Shown here: positions 30,059-43,021 of the stretch, piece by piece
Numbering within the stretch: position 1 is the stretch's first letter
Layout: every line of letters begins with the position of its first letter
NCBI GenBank assembly: GCA_964016885.1
Contig: OZ024756.1
Span: 41,292,001 to 41,356,000 of the forward strand
Direction of reading: 5' to 3'
DNA length: 64,000 bases
Source: Eledone cirrhosa
Taxonomy: Eukaryota
Notes under the pieces: generated by a model
What the model was told of the DNA's origin: nothing
The model's input: only the letters and a program-made list of their open reading frames with translations
Database searches by the model: none
Translations under genes and position numbers: made by a program

Positions 30059-30420
30059 AAATTTCGTTCTACATGGCTGAATACAATAAATGTAATGAGT
30101 TTTTCGAATATTAATAACATTTGATTCGTTTGCAATTATGCAAACAAGCCTCAATTTTATAGCCATGTCAGTAGAATGAACACTTCATTCTTGCTCTTAT
30201 ATTGGCATGCGAACAGAACTGCAGACACTAATGTTTCTGGGTATCACCCTTCATCAGTACAGCTCCCTGTTCACCAGCCATACAGAGAATCCTAAACATT
30301 ATAAAACAGATTGAGGCAGGTTCTCGTTTACCTGAGTGATTTAAACCTGCAGGTGTTAATGTATGTGATAAATACACCTGTTAAGTTCCCAGTTCTGTAT
30401 AGTTTATTGTTAAACAATAA
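30050..30420 (-). mobile_element. Penelope-like element 3' end: GIY-YIG C-terminal remnant, hammerhead, structured tail, then (TA)n
   Basis: Minus-strand codons 30339-30365 read HTLTPAGLN (TLxPxGLN motif of PLE GIY-YIG C-termini). Hammerhead about 70 nt downstream. Ends at (TA)n 29999-30050. Confidence 0.7.
30211..30272 (-). ncRNA. Type I hammerhead ribozyme motif
   Basis: GAACAGggAGCTGTA-CTGATGA-aGGGT(gat)ACCCa-GAAAC-ATTAGT-GTC-TGCAGTTCTGTTC. Long stem I, canonical GUC site (cut between 30224 and 30223), A-A mismatch at the base of stem II. Confidence 0.8.
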
Positions 30421-30520
30421 AGTGTGTGCGGTAGCTAATTAGTAGACATTATTAAGGTAACATTCCTTGACTTTCAGCTTTGTTCTCAGCTTTTCTAACC
30501 ATTATAGTATCATAATAAGA

Positions 30521-30629
30521 ATAATTGTTTCTACGTTAGGCACAAGGCCAGCAATTATATCAGTGTATTACTGGTACTTTATTTTATCGACCCCGTAAGG
30601 ATGAAAGGCAAAGTTAACCTCGGCGGGAT
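30521..30629 (-). mobile_element. Meta-domain SINE 3' part
   Basis: Reverse complement of core and tail. Confidence 0.85.
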
Positions 30630-31040
30630 AATAATGAAAATTATCAAAGGTTTAGTACATAAAATGGTGTAGAAATGTGAGGAAAGTGAAGTGTATGAGT
30701 CATGATATACACAGATACATGTGTATGGTGGGGGAATATCAGGTGTAGTGTTGGAGAACTGCTGGGAAACATGGAGGTTTAGAAGGATGCAGTGTCCCTC
30801 ATCCCCACAAAAGTCACCCCAACAAACGTCACCACAAGCGTCCCCCCCCATCACTAGCTCCACCCCCACCACTACCACCCCCACCATATTTAATCAGTGT
30901 CAAGAGCTACATGTGAAACTCGAGTTGCAGTATTATATTTGTTTGTTTTTTGTCCTGAGACTTTACAAACAACAAAACAAATATATAAATATTCATAATA
31001 AACAATTAAATAAAACTAATGAGATGACACTAATGGATTT

Positions 31041-31454
31041 TGGTGGTGGTTGCGGTGGTGGTGGTTGTGATGGTGGTGGCAACGTTGGTAGGGGGGGGGG
31101 GTTGTGGTGGTGGTTGTTGCGGTGGTGGTGGTTGTGATGGTGGTGGCAACGTTGGTAGGGGGGGTTGTGGTGGTGGTTGTTGCGGTTGTGGTGGTGGTGA
31201 TGGTGGTGGCACGTTGGTAGGGGTTGTTGTGGTGGTGGTTGTTGCGGTGGTGGTGGTTGTTGCGGTGGTGGTGGTTGTGGCAGTGGTGGTGGTGTTGGTG
31301 GTAGCAGTTGTGGCAGTGGTGGTGGTGGTGGTAGCAGCGGTGGTGGTGGTGGTAGCGGTGGTAGCGGTGGTGGTGGTAGCAGTGGTGGTGGTAGCGGTGG
31401 TGGTGGTAGCAGTGGTGGTGGTAGAGGTGGTGGTGGTGGTAGCAGTGGTGGTAG
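31041..31454. repeat. (GGT)n low-complexity tract
   Basis: Direct reading. Poly-P/T/V ORFs are artefacts. Confidence 0.95.
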
Positions 31455-31883
31455 TTTTAGTGCAGGGGAATGTGTCTGTGACATAATGAGCAGCCTTGAA
31501 GATGAAAGAACTTAAATTAAAAGTACACATGGTTGGAATCTGCGAGAAGAAATACAGGTGTTTTATGATCAGGGTCCTCAAAGTTAAACACTGGCTTTTC
31601 TTTCTTTCTCTATACTGGTTTTAAAAAAAATCTTTTTAGTCAGTGGGCTGTAGCCATGCTGGGGCAACACCTACAAGAGTTGGTAGTCGATTGTATCAAC
31701 CTTATATACATACCTACACACACCTACACATTGGCAATACTTGACCGTTAGTTGGTCAAAAGAGGAGATAACTAAATCAAGTATAAATAAGGTTAAGGTA
31801 TTTCTGACCAGAGTGAAGGACATAATCAAGACCTTCAAATGAGGACAAACATAGATGTACTGGACATGTCTCTTGTCTCAAAG

Positions 31884-32113
31884 ACAACAGCTGAACAACA
31901 GGGGGCAACAGCTGGACAACTGGTGGACAACAGGGGGCAAAGCTGGACAATGGGTGGACAACAGCTGGACAATGGGTGGACAACAGCTGGGCAACGGGTG
32001 GACAATGGGTGGACAACAGGGGGCAACAGCTGGACAACTGGTGGACAACAGGGGGCAACAGCTGGACAACTGGTGGACAACAGGGGGCAACAGCTGGACA
32101 AGGATGGACAACA
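31884..32113. repeat. Irregular minisatellite (acagctggacaactggtggacaacagggggca) inside a probable RTE remnant
   Basis: Tandem units. The right flank reads RRTRGQLKVKW, an RTE-like motif. Confidence 0.8.
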
Positions 32114-32592
32114 AGGCTGTGGAGAAGAACTAGAGGGCAGCTGAAGGTAAAATGGTGCAACAATCTGATACCTCGGCCCAATGTGGCCCATTATGGCCAG
32201 AGATAGGAAACTAAGGTCAACCAGGGAGGGATTCCTCGGACAGAAGTGAGAAGGCCTGGGTTTGGGATTTCTGATCTAGTTTACTGGCTGGTCTGCGCGC
32301 ACCCAACACTGATATTGTGTGTGTATAGTTCTATGTATATATATACCCCCCCCCCCCCCCCACACACACACACATGTCTGCTATCTGTGTTTAACCGAAG
32401 ACATATAAGAAGTGCCGTCATGTTATTATATTACTATTAACATTGTAATATAATATATTAATAATTATCAATATTTTTATAATTAAATACTAATTTATTT
32501 CTTACACATAATTGCTTTCCACACGAGAGTATCAATTGTATTGAGTCAAACTAATCAACTGTACTCTTCACTAACAGAAGATATTGGCTGAG

Positions 32593-32905
32593 GACCAAGT
32601 CCAGACAAATGTATTCTTGGTCCTCAGTTTAACCCCTTTTTTTACTGTATTTCTAATTTAGACAAAGGTACTCTCGGTCCTGAGTTTAACCCCTTTTTTC
32701 CTGTATTTCTAATCCGGAAAAAGGTACCCTCGTTCCTGTTCTAGTACCAAGTCCAGACAAAGGTACTCTCGGTCCTCAGTTTAACCCCTTTTTTCCTGTA
32801 TTTCTAATCCGGACAAAGGTACCCCCATTTCTGTTCCAGTACCAAGTCCAGACAAAGGTACTCTCGGTCCTCAGTTAACCCCTTTTTTTACTGTATTTCT
32901 AATGA
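32593..32905. repeat. Complex tandem duplication containing ttaacccctttt motif
   Basis: Four repeats of ggtcctcagtttaaccccttttt..ctgtatttctaat. Confidence 0.85.
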
Positions 32906-33463
32906 AATACACTGATTGTGTGTTTTAATTAATTTTGAAAATAACAAGACGTCCAGCCATTCCAGAAACAACAACAACAAACATAACAGCTAAAATCACC
33001 CACAAAACACCAAGTTGAAGTATTGGCTGCTTTCTGATGGTTTTGTTGTTGACCCACTAATGGTGGGGACTTCTGGTGTTCTGGGTCCTTACACCACCTC
33101 TCTCCATCTGATAATGTAGATTTAAAATATACAGTACCTGAAAAAAGGAAGTGTAAAGTTGTTAAAGCCTAGATATTAGGTCAGTAAGTACAGAAAGCTC
33201 CATAAAATAGACACAATTACTATGATCTAGAAATGTCAAATCTTTTCAAATGCAAAAAAGGTGAATTTATGTTACAGCTCACACCTAGGTAGGTTTAGCT
33301 GGCCTCCCACAAGGTTGTATCTCACAAAAGGGACTCCAGTTTTGTGTTGTTACAGCTCACACCTAGGTAGGTTTAGCTGGCCTCCCACAAGGTTGCATCT
33401 CATAGGAGGTTTTTTGGGTTTTATGTGGTTGTTATTGTTACAGCTCACACCTATGATAAAAAG

Positions 33464-34012
33464 TACCCAGTCCACCCTGTAAGGTGGTAGTGCTGGTGTT
33501 ATGACAATAGTCACCCAGTCCACCCTGTAAGGTGGTAGTGCTAGTGTCATGACAATAGTCACCCAGTCCACCCTGTAAGTGGTAGTACTGGTGTCATGAC
33601 AATAGTCACCCAGTCCACCCTGTAAGTGGTAGTGCTGGTGTCATGACAATAGTCACCCAGTCCACTCTGTAAGGTGGTAGTGCTGGTGTTATGACAATAG
33701 TCACCCAGTCCACCCTGTAAGGTGGTAGTGCTGGTGTTATGACAATAGTCACCCAGTCCACCCTGTAAGGTGGTAGTGCTAGTGTCATGACAATAGTCAC
33801 CCAGTCCACCCTGTAAGGTGGTAGTGCTGGTGTTATGACAATAGTCACCCAGTCCACCCTGTAAGGTGGTAGTGCTAGTGTCATGACAATAGTCACCCAG
33901 TCCACCCTGTAAGTGGTAGTACTGGTGTCATGACAATAGTCACCCAGTCCACCCTGTAAGTGGTAGTACTGGTGTCATGACAATAGTCACCCAGTCCACC
34001 CTGTAAGGTGGT
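33464..34012. repeat. 47/48-bp SINE-derived minisatellite, about 11.5 copies
   Basis: cacccagtccaccctgtaaggtggtagtgctggtgtcatgacaatagt; reverse-complement homologue of the 16485-16949 unit. Confidence 0.95.
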
Positions 34013-34849
34013 ACAGCATCCACTCCCATTCACACCTGCTTACATTCACATACTGACACCTGCACACACACACAAATGTGCGCACCTGCTCGCTCTCATA
34101 CTCACCTGTTTTACACACACACACACACACACATACCAATACACATACAGACATTATGTAGGAATGCATACCTGACAAGACTCGGATGTCTTGATGGTCT
34201 ACACACACACACATGTACTTACACACACACACACACATGTACTTACACACACACACACACATGTACTTACACACACACACACACATGTACTTACACACAT
34301 ACACACACACATGTACTTACACACATACACACACATGTACTTACACACATACACACATACACACACATGTACTTACACACGCACCTGTGCACACTCATCC
34401 ATGTCAGCACACATTACTGTGTGTCTATCCACACACACCTCCCATGTACTATACTCTGGTTACCTGCACTTGTGGTGCAAATCAGCTGCACTCTGCCATC
34501 ACCCATCAATCCTGTCAGTGCACCTCATCACTGCACTAATTAAACACCCACCTCTTTCACTTAATACTCTGTGTAGTCCGATTAGTACAGGTAGACCTTA
34601 TCTCTTGATAAGTACAGGTACACCAAATACCTGGCTATTGTAAATCTAGATTACTACAGGTACATCATATACCTGTGTCTCTAATTTACAATAGGTACAC
34701 CATATAATATATTTCCTTAAAATGGACCCTAAGATGAATATAGACTATTATGGACTTGTGAGGCTAACCCTTGTTTTAGAAGGGAAAATCTCCTTAAAAC
34801 GTATTTGCTTGATATATTCCCCCTCACCTTCGTTAAAATATGGACTGAC

Positions 34850-35910
34850 ATCTACCAACTGTGGTATCTAACCCTGGCACTCTACCGACTGTGGTATCTA
34901 ACCCTGGCACTCTACCGACTGTGGTATCTAACCCTGGCACTCTACCAACTGTGACATCTAACTCTGGCACTCTACCAACTGTGGTATCTAACCCTGGCAC
35001 TCTACCGACTGTGGTATCTAACCCTGGCACTCTACCGACTGTGGTATCTAACCCTGGCACTCTACCGACTGTGACATCTAACTCTGGCACTCTACCAACT
35101 GTGACATCTAACTCTGGCACTCTACCAACTGTGGTATCTAACCCTGGCACTCTACCGACTGTGGTATCTAACCCTGGCACTCTACCGACTGTGGTATCTA
35201 ACCCTGGCACTCTACCGACTGTGGTATCTAACCCTGGCACTCTACCAACTGTGGTATCTAACCCTGGCACTCTACCAACTGTGGTATCTAACCCTGGCAC
35301 TCTACCGACTGTGACATCTAACTCTGGCACTCTACCGACTGTGGTATCTAACCCTGGCACTCTACCAACTGTGACATCTAACTCTGGCACTCTACCAACT
35401 GTGGTATCTAACCCTGGCACTCTACCGACTGTGGCATCTAACTCTGGCACTCTACCAACTGTGGTATCTAACCCTGGCACTCTACCGACTGTGACATCTA
35501 ACTCTGGCACTCTACCGACTGTGGTATCTAACTCTGGCACTCTACCGACTGTGACATCTAACTCTGGCACTCTACCGACTGTGACATCTAACTCTGGCAC
35601 TCTACCGACTGTGGTATCTAACCCTGGCACTCTACCGACTGTGGTATCTAACCCTGGCACTCTACCGACTGTGACATCTAACTCTGGCACTCTACCGACT
35701 GTGACATCTAACTCTGGCACTCTACCGACTGTGACATCTAACCCTGGCACTCTACCGACTGTGGCATCTAATCCTGGCACTCTACCAACTGTGACATCTA
35801 ACCCTGGCACTCTACCGACTGTGGTATCTAACCCTGGCACTCTACCGACTGTGGTATCTAACCCTGGCACTCTACCGACTGTGGTATCTAACTCTGGTGC
35901 TCTACCGATT
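34850..35910. repeat. 30-bp minisatellite, about 35 copies
   Basis: gtggtatctaaccctggcactctaccgact and its variant gtgacatctaactctggcactctaccaact. Confidence 0.97.
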
Positions 35911-36165
35911 TTGAGGTTATATTTTTCATTAAACAGTGATACACATAACTTAGAATTTTTACTTCAAGTATGGCTAAGAAAATGTACATGGAAAATAGTG
36001 TGGTGGTGATGATAGTTATTGTGTGTGTGTGTGTGTATTTGTATGTTTGTGTATCTATTTTGTGTATGCATGTGTGTGTGCATGTCTGTGCATTGTATGT
36101 ATTGTATGCAAGTATATGTGTATGTATCTAACATGTAATATCTGTATGTTTCTCACTACATTACC

Positions 36166-38672
36166 ATCAGGACACTCAACTTTGTGATATCCTCAGAGCT
36201 GCTGCCAGGAAAACAGCCACTTATGTTTTCATTGCAGGAGACTTCAATCACCCTGAGATTGACTGGGAAACCTTTCGTTGGCCGCCAAGTGCAAATGACT
36301 TCCTTGAGCTAGTGCTGGACTCGAGTTGTTCACCACTACTCCTGAAACAGTCATTAGTGTTACTGCTGAGGAACCTTTAGGTGACTCCGATCCTGCTATG
36401 ATCATTGCCAATCTATCCCTCATGGGCAGTAACAAGAACCACAACCATCTCCAAACTGCTCACTTTGACTGGAATAAAGCAGACTGGAACTGTTACTGCA
36501 CCGAGTTGCAACGGCCAAACTGGCTTGAGTTCTACGACTCTGGAGATGTCAACACTGTACTCTAGAACATCCTGAGCTCAATATGGACAGCATGTTCAGC
36601 ATCAGTGCCACGTAAGCAATTTGGGAGACTGCAGCAGTCCGTCTTGCCAGAAAAGAACGGCGCAATGCTGAACGTGAGTACAAACTTCACAAATCAGACA
36701 TTAATAGGAACAGGCGAAATAGATCGTCCAACCACCTCAAACAGGTGACAAAAAAGGCAGTGCTTCAATTTGAGCAGCCCATAGCAACCAGCCCTGACAG
36801 TAAGGTGTTCTGGAAGTATGTTCACTCAAAGCAGAAGCCTCACTCTCCAGTTGGTCCTCTTCGCAATCCCCACACAAGCCAGGTTACTGATGACCCCAAG
36901 GAATGCGCAGAATTGCTGAATGCTATGCAAGCATTTTCACTATTGAGGACCAGAGTGTACCATCTCCACCACCTATGATACCGGACTCTATTACAACCAT
37001 GGAATTTACACCTGAAATGCTGCGACGTCACCTAAAAAATAAACGAAACCATGCCTCTCCTGGTCTTGATGGTGTTACGTACCTGCTTCTTAAACGTGGT
37101 GGGTACTTCCTTCTGCACCAGTTATCACGCTTCTTCCAATTCTGTCTGAACAACAGTGCTACTCCAGAACAGTGGAAAACTGCCAGTGTCATTCCTCTGT
37201 TCAAAAAGGGTGACCGCATATCACCTGTGAACTATCGTCCAGTCAGTCTTACTAGTCGCATCGCCAAACTGATGGAATCCTGTGTCAGAGAAACACTTTG
37301 GAACTTCTTGAGCTCTCACAGTCTTATCCGGCCCTCGCAATTTGGATTTATCCCCAACTCCAGCTGCTGTGATCAACTTATAGAGTTTCTTGAGGACATC
37401 ACCCGGATCACTGATGGCGGCTCATGGGTGGATGTTGTTTACCTTGACTTTGCGAAAGCCTTCAATTCTGTGCCACACAAAAGGCTTATGGCAAAACTCT
37501 CTGCAATGGGTGTGAAGGATGATCTTTTTAACTAGTTGAAGTCCTTCATTCTCAGTCGAAGAGAGGTAGTCACGGTTCTGGGACAGCATTCCTCACCATA
37601 TGAGATGTCATCTGGTGTACCACAGGGATCTGTTCTTGGCCCCCTTTTGTTTGTGGCATATATTAATGACATAGATGCCAACTTAAAGAATGCCACGGTA
37701 CTAAAGTACGCAGACGACATCAAACTGTACCTTGAGATAAAAAGGACAGATCCTGAACACTATAGATCTTGCTTGTAGTCTGACCTGGACACAATGCAAC
37801 AATGGATCTCAGACTGGCAACTCAAGCTAGCTGTGGACAAGTGCACCACCATGCATTTTGGGAGTAAAAACCAGCGTCCACATACTCCCTCCACAGCACT
37901 AATATCAAGAAGTCTTCTTGTGAACGTGACCTGGGCATTACGGTCAGCAGCGATTTGCGTTGGACGAAGCACGTCTCTAAAATTGTCAAGAGGGCCGAGG
38001 GTGTCTTAGCATCACTACTCAGCAAGACCTTTGTCAGCCACTCTCCAGATATCTATTTGAGGCTGTACATGGCTATGGTGCGACCACACATAGAATTTGC
38101 ATCACCAGTCTGGAACCCCTATCTTGCTCAGAACATTGACCGCCTGGAATCTGTTCAGAGACGTGCAGCCAAGCGAATACCCTCCATCAGACATCTACCA
38201 TACTCTGAGCGCCTTGCTTCCCTGGGCATGGATACATTGAAGCTCCGACGCCTGGCAACTGACTTGGTAAACACCCACAAAATTGTTAACCATGTTGCCA
38301 ACAACAACCCTGAGTACCTTTTTGATTTCCATGTGTCTAACACACGTGGACATGCCCACAAAGTAAGAAAACAGCACAGTTCCCATGACTTTCGGAAATA
38401 TTTTTTCACGCTCAGAGTTGCTGAAGCATGGAACAAACTACCTGTATCAGTTGTTAGCTGTCGAGACACTGCATCATTTAAGGCCTCCATGCTTCCTGAG
38501 ATCCGCCAACACTACAGCTAAAGTTCCCCCTCCATACACATACACACATGTATACCATGACACTATTCACTCCCCTGACATTTGTGTATTATTCTATGTA
38601 CTATACATACACCTTTGACGAGTTGTAGTGCACCTGAGCACTTTACACAATAATTTCATCATTATTATTATA
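36166..38672 (+). mobile_element. 5'-truncated, decayed CR1-type LINE (APE remnant plus reverse transcriptase pseudogene)
   Basis: AGDFNHPEIDW and LGDSD (APE). SPGLDG, PLFKKGDR..NYRPVSLTS, QFGF, VDVVYLDFAKAF.SVPH, SGVPQGSVLGPLLF, KYADDIKL, MVRPHIEFASPVWNP, TRGH, FFTLRVAEAWNKLP. Broken by stops (37533-35, 37776-78) and frameshifts. (att)n tail. Confidence 0.95.
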
Positions 38673-38914
38673 TATACATCCTTTTTCAATTAAATGGAAG
38701 TATGTCGCTACTAATTCTGCTCAGCTTGAGTTAGTTTTTTTCCAAGTCACTGAACTACTCTTTTCAGCTACGTTAACCAGTTTAAAAAGGATTAAGGTAT
38801 ACAGAATTGGCTACAAGCAACATTAATTAATTTAACTGGTTGGTCCTGAGAGCTATTACCTCTTTTGACAATAAATGGTTTCTCTCTACAAACAAAAGTT
38901 TGACTGTATGATAC

Positions 38915-39125
38915 CTGTGTCCGATGTTATTTAGACGTGGACAATGAACGCAGAGGATATGCTAAAACTAGAGAGAAATGAAGCATGCTTCGATAGATGT
39001 GCAATGTTAATATGTGAGAACAATAAAGTATGAATGAGTTGAGAGAAAAGCTGGGTATAAGAGGAATGAGAAGTAGTGTGTAGGAGAGAGGACTGCACTG
39101 GTATGGACATGTGATGTGTATGGAT
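38915..39125 (+). mobile_element. Degenerate RTE LINE fragment
   Basis: LERNEACFDRC, NELREKLGIRG and LHWYGHVM pieces homologous to 17515-17955. Confidence 0.8.
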
Positions 39126-39139
39126 AATGGCATTATTAC

Positions 39140-39328
39140 GGTGGATTGGCAGTATAGGTAGAGGGTTGGACGCCATGCTTTGATGCATAGAGTTACGGCC
39201 CTTTCCATTCTGAGTTCAAATCCCGCCGAGGTTAACTTTGCCTTTCATCCTTACGGGGTCGATAAAATAAAGTACCAGTAATACACTGGTTAATTGCTGG
39301 CCTTGTGCCAAAAGTAGAAACAATTATT
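39140..39328 (+). mobile_element. Meta-domain SINE (full length)
   Basis: Same family as 3763-3954. Confidence 0.88.
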
Positions 39329-40438
39329 ACGGTTATCTATGTTGAGAGTGGGATACACACATATACACATATGTACTTATACACGCATACGCACACACTA
39401 TATTTGTATTTATACATATGCATATATATGTATATTTATACACACGTTTATGTATTTCTTTTATACATATGCACACACACACACACACACACACGTATTT
39501 ATACATACACATATATATGTATTTATACATACACATTTATGTATTTGAATTTATACACACACATGCACACTCACACATACTCATATGTATTTATATATAC
39601 ACACATACTCACTGTATTTGTATTAACACACACTCACACAGACACATACACACACACACTTACACACTCACTGACACTCACTCATACTCACTCACAGACA
39701 CTTACACACACACTCACTCATACTCACTGACACTTACACACACTTACAGACACTCACACACACTTACACAGACACACTCACTCACACAGATACACGCACA
39801 CACGCACACACACACACACACACACGGACACACAGACACACAGACACACACACATACACACACACAGACACACACACCTGGGAAGATGTTGAGTTAGAAA
39901 AGGATTAACGGTATTGTCAAGAAGATTTATACCTCTGCTGACCCCTTGGGTATTACCTGTAATGTCCATTACATAGTGTATAACAGCTGTTGGACATGAA
40001 AAGATTTAAGCCAGGTAAATTATAGGAGTGACACATGTAAAGGCCATGATTTACACAGCAGTGTTACCTGTAAATGTATTAAAGGAGAGCCTCTCCTCTT
40101 ATGGTATTGTATGTTACTTAGTTGATAGTGTATTGTTCACTAACTGTTGTTTCTAGTGAGCATTAGGAAAGGGAACCTTTTATTCTCCTGCCCCTTCTTC
40201 TTAGTTTCTCTCTCTCTCTACCTACCTACCTATCTATCTCCCTCTCTATCTCCCTCTCTATCTACCTACCTACCTACCTACCTGCCTACCTACCTACCTA
40301 TCTCTCTATCTCTCTACCTATCTCTCTATCTCTCTATCTCACTATCTATCTACCTATCTCTCTCTCTCTCTCTATCTCTCTATCTATCTACCTACCTATC
40401 TATCTCCCTCTCTACCTACCTACCTACATATCTCTCTA

Positions 40439-40506
<68 letters not shown>

Positions 40507-41085
40507 CCTATCTCTCTCTCTCTCTATCTATCTCTCTACCTATCTACCTCTCGCTCTCTCTATCTCTCTCTTTCTCCTCCCCCTCTCCTTTTCTCTCTTT
40601 CCCCTCCCCCTCTCCTTTTCTCTCTTTCCCCTCCCCCTCTCCTTTTCTCTCTTTCCTTTTCTTTTTTTTCCTTTTTCCAACAGAGAGAGAGAGAGAGGGA
40701 GAAAGAAAGGTACCGAGAGAGAGAGTGTTGTTGTTTAACCCTAGGTCACCTCTAATCAGACATGATCAGAGGCATTCGAGTTACAATCTTCTCTTATTTT
40801 CACATGTTGTTGTTGTTGTTGTTGTTGACACCTATATATAGATTTAACTGGCCTCTTATGAAATTCCATGTTTTAGGTTTCATGGATGATTTGATGTCGG
40901 GGTCCCCTTGCCCTATCATGTTCTTACCCCTCACACCTGTATAGATTTAGTTGACCTCTGATGAGGCTACATCTCATAGGAAGTTTATCAGGTGAGCTCT
41001 CAATCTTATGTTGTTACAACTCACACCAACGAAGGTTTAGCTGGCCTCCTATGAGGCTGTATCTCATATATATTTATATATATAT

Positions 41086-41301
41086 GAAAAAATTCAGGAC
41101 CTCAACGGCTGAGCTCCGACCGTTTCTGCAGCTAGATCCAAACTAAAGCACCAGTATTCGAGTGGCGGGAATCTAGCTGTCGAAACGGCTAGAGCTCAAC
41201 CATCGGGGTCCTGAATTTTTTCCTATTACCCACTCTACTACCCCAAGTATCGAGTACTCTGGTGAGAAATGGTCTAACTGGTTTTTACCACCGCCTATCT
41301 G
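41086..41301. mobile_element. Imperfect fold-back element (41086-41222) plus tail, between (TA)n tracts
   Basis: gaaaaaattcaggacc..gagctc..ccgtttc..cagctagat pairs with atctagctg..gaaacgg..gagctc..ggtcctgaattttttc. Carries the GAAACGGTCG motif shared with 33-264. Confidence 0.65.
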
Positions 41302-41311
41302 ATATATATAT

Positions 41312-41635
41312 ATTAGGAAGGGCATCCAGCTGTAGAAAATCCGCCAGACAACCAATCTTACCTCAAGTGGGACAATTCCCGTCCAGACCCATCCTAGCGT
41401 GGAAGATGGACGTTAAACGATGATGATGATATATCTTGGAATTCCATGTTTCCTGATGAAATGTTGACATTAAAATGTCCATTGTAGTACAGAAATGGTC
41501 GGAAATATCAATATTCCGTAACAAGCCAGTCCTATACGAGTGAGATACGGTTATCCGATCAATCTTGCCTCCAGTGGGAGAATTCCCGTCTAACCCATGC
41601 TAGTGTGGAAGATAGACATTAAACAATGATGATGA
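41312..41635 (+). mobile_element. Two tandem RTE-related SINE 3' halves (41312-41430, 41520-41635)
   Basis: aggaagggcatccagc..acccatcctagcgtggaagatggacgttaaacgatgatg. Confidence 0.8.
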
Positions 41636-41793
41636 AACCTGTAGACAGTGAAATAACTCAATAATGAAACATGTAAAAATATATAATTAATAACATTTTT
41701 CTAATCATGCCTAGAATGTTTCCCTAACACATTATTTCCTGGCATCAAAGACGCTGCTTTTTCCCTGAAATAAGTCTCGCAAATCTACCACGT

Positions 41794-41948
41794 GTCCTAG
41801 AGGCCGAAGTGTCTTAGTTAGGGTGGGTCCTAGAGGCCGAAGTGTCTTAGTTAGGGTGGGTCCTAGAGGACGAAGTGTCTTAGTTAGGGTGGGTCCTAGA
41901 GGACAAAGTGTCTTAGTTAGGGTGGGTCCTAGAGGACGAAGTGTCTTA
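41794..41948. repeat. 33-bp minisatellite, about 4.7 copies
   Basis: gtcctagaggccgaagtgtcttagttagggtgg. Confidence 0.93.
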
Positions 41949-41967
41949 GGCGCCGGAAAATATGGTA

Positions 41968-42018
<51 letters not shown>

Positions 42019-42522
42019 TATCCTTCCTGTATGTGTATCCCAGTTTTTGGAATGGCTACAGTGTATCCCTGCATGTTGTAAGAGGTAACTAAAAGGGTTT
42101 GTTGTCAGGAAGGGTATCCATCCGGCTGTGAAACATTGCCTCAAACCATCGCATCCAACCCATGCTAGTATGGAAAAGTGGGTGTATAAAGAAACGACGA
42201 CGACGATGGTGGTGGTTTTGCTGTTTTTGATGGTGATGGTGGTGATGATGAACTGGTACCATCCACCTTAGTTACTATCAGATTGAGTAGGTGCAGTAGT
42301 GTGTAAGGTTTCTAATAATACCTGTTTTTGTCACACCCAGTATTGAGGATAGATAGAGAGAGAGAGGGGGAGAGAGAGATGGGGGGAGATGAGAGTTTGG
42401 CTGTTTCTTTAGTAATAAAAAAAAAAAAGGAAGAAAGGCAAAGAGAATATAATTTGTGAAAGTCAACAGGTATAAATAGTAAATTTGTTTTTCTTTTTCT
42501 TATCTGATTGCTTTCTGGTAGA

Positions 42523-42641
<119 letters not shown>

Positions 42642-43021
42642 ATACTGAAAATTTCCACAATAATAAAGAAACTATAAACATTAGAATTAACAAACCCTAA
42701 TTTCGATATTTCCTGCTAAATCATTACAGGAAGTTAGGAGTTAATATAATTACAGGTGCTGGCTTAAGGTAGGGGGGGTCTAGAAGGGTTTAATCTATTA
42801 TTGGACATTGAGCACCTATTACAGGCAATGGAAGGGTGAAGGGTGGAGGTGACCATTGTTGGGTTGTGCTTAATGCATTTGTTGGCCTTAATTAGACTCT
42901 TTTGAGTCCCCTAGCTGAGATTAGGGGCCACTCCTGCCACATTGTTAATGGCTTATTGTTCTGGAAGGTTATTTACCTCTAATGAATGAAAATAACAACA
43001 AATTCTACAACAGTGACATCG

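Noticed and set aside
41794-41948. TTAGGG in minisatellite units as interstitial telomere
   Set aside because: A single hexamer per unit, never tandem.
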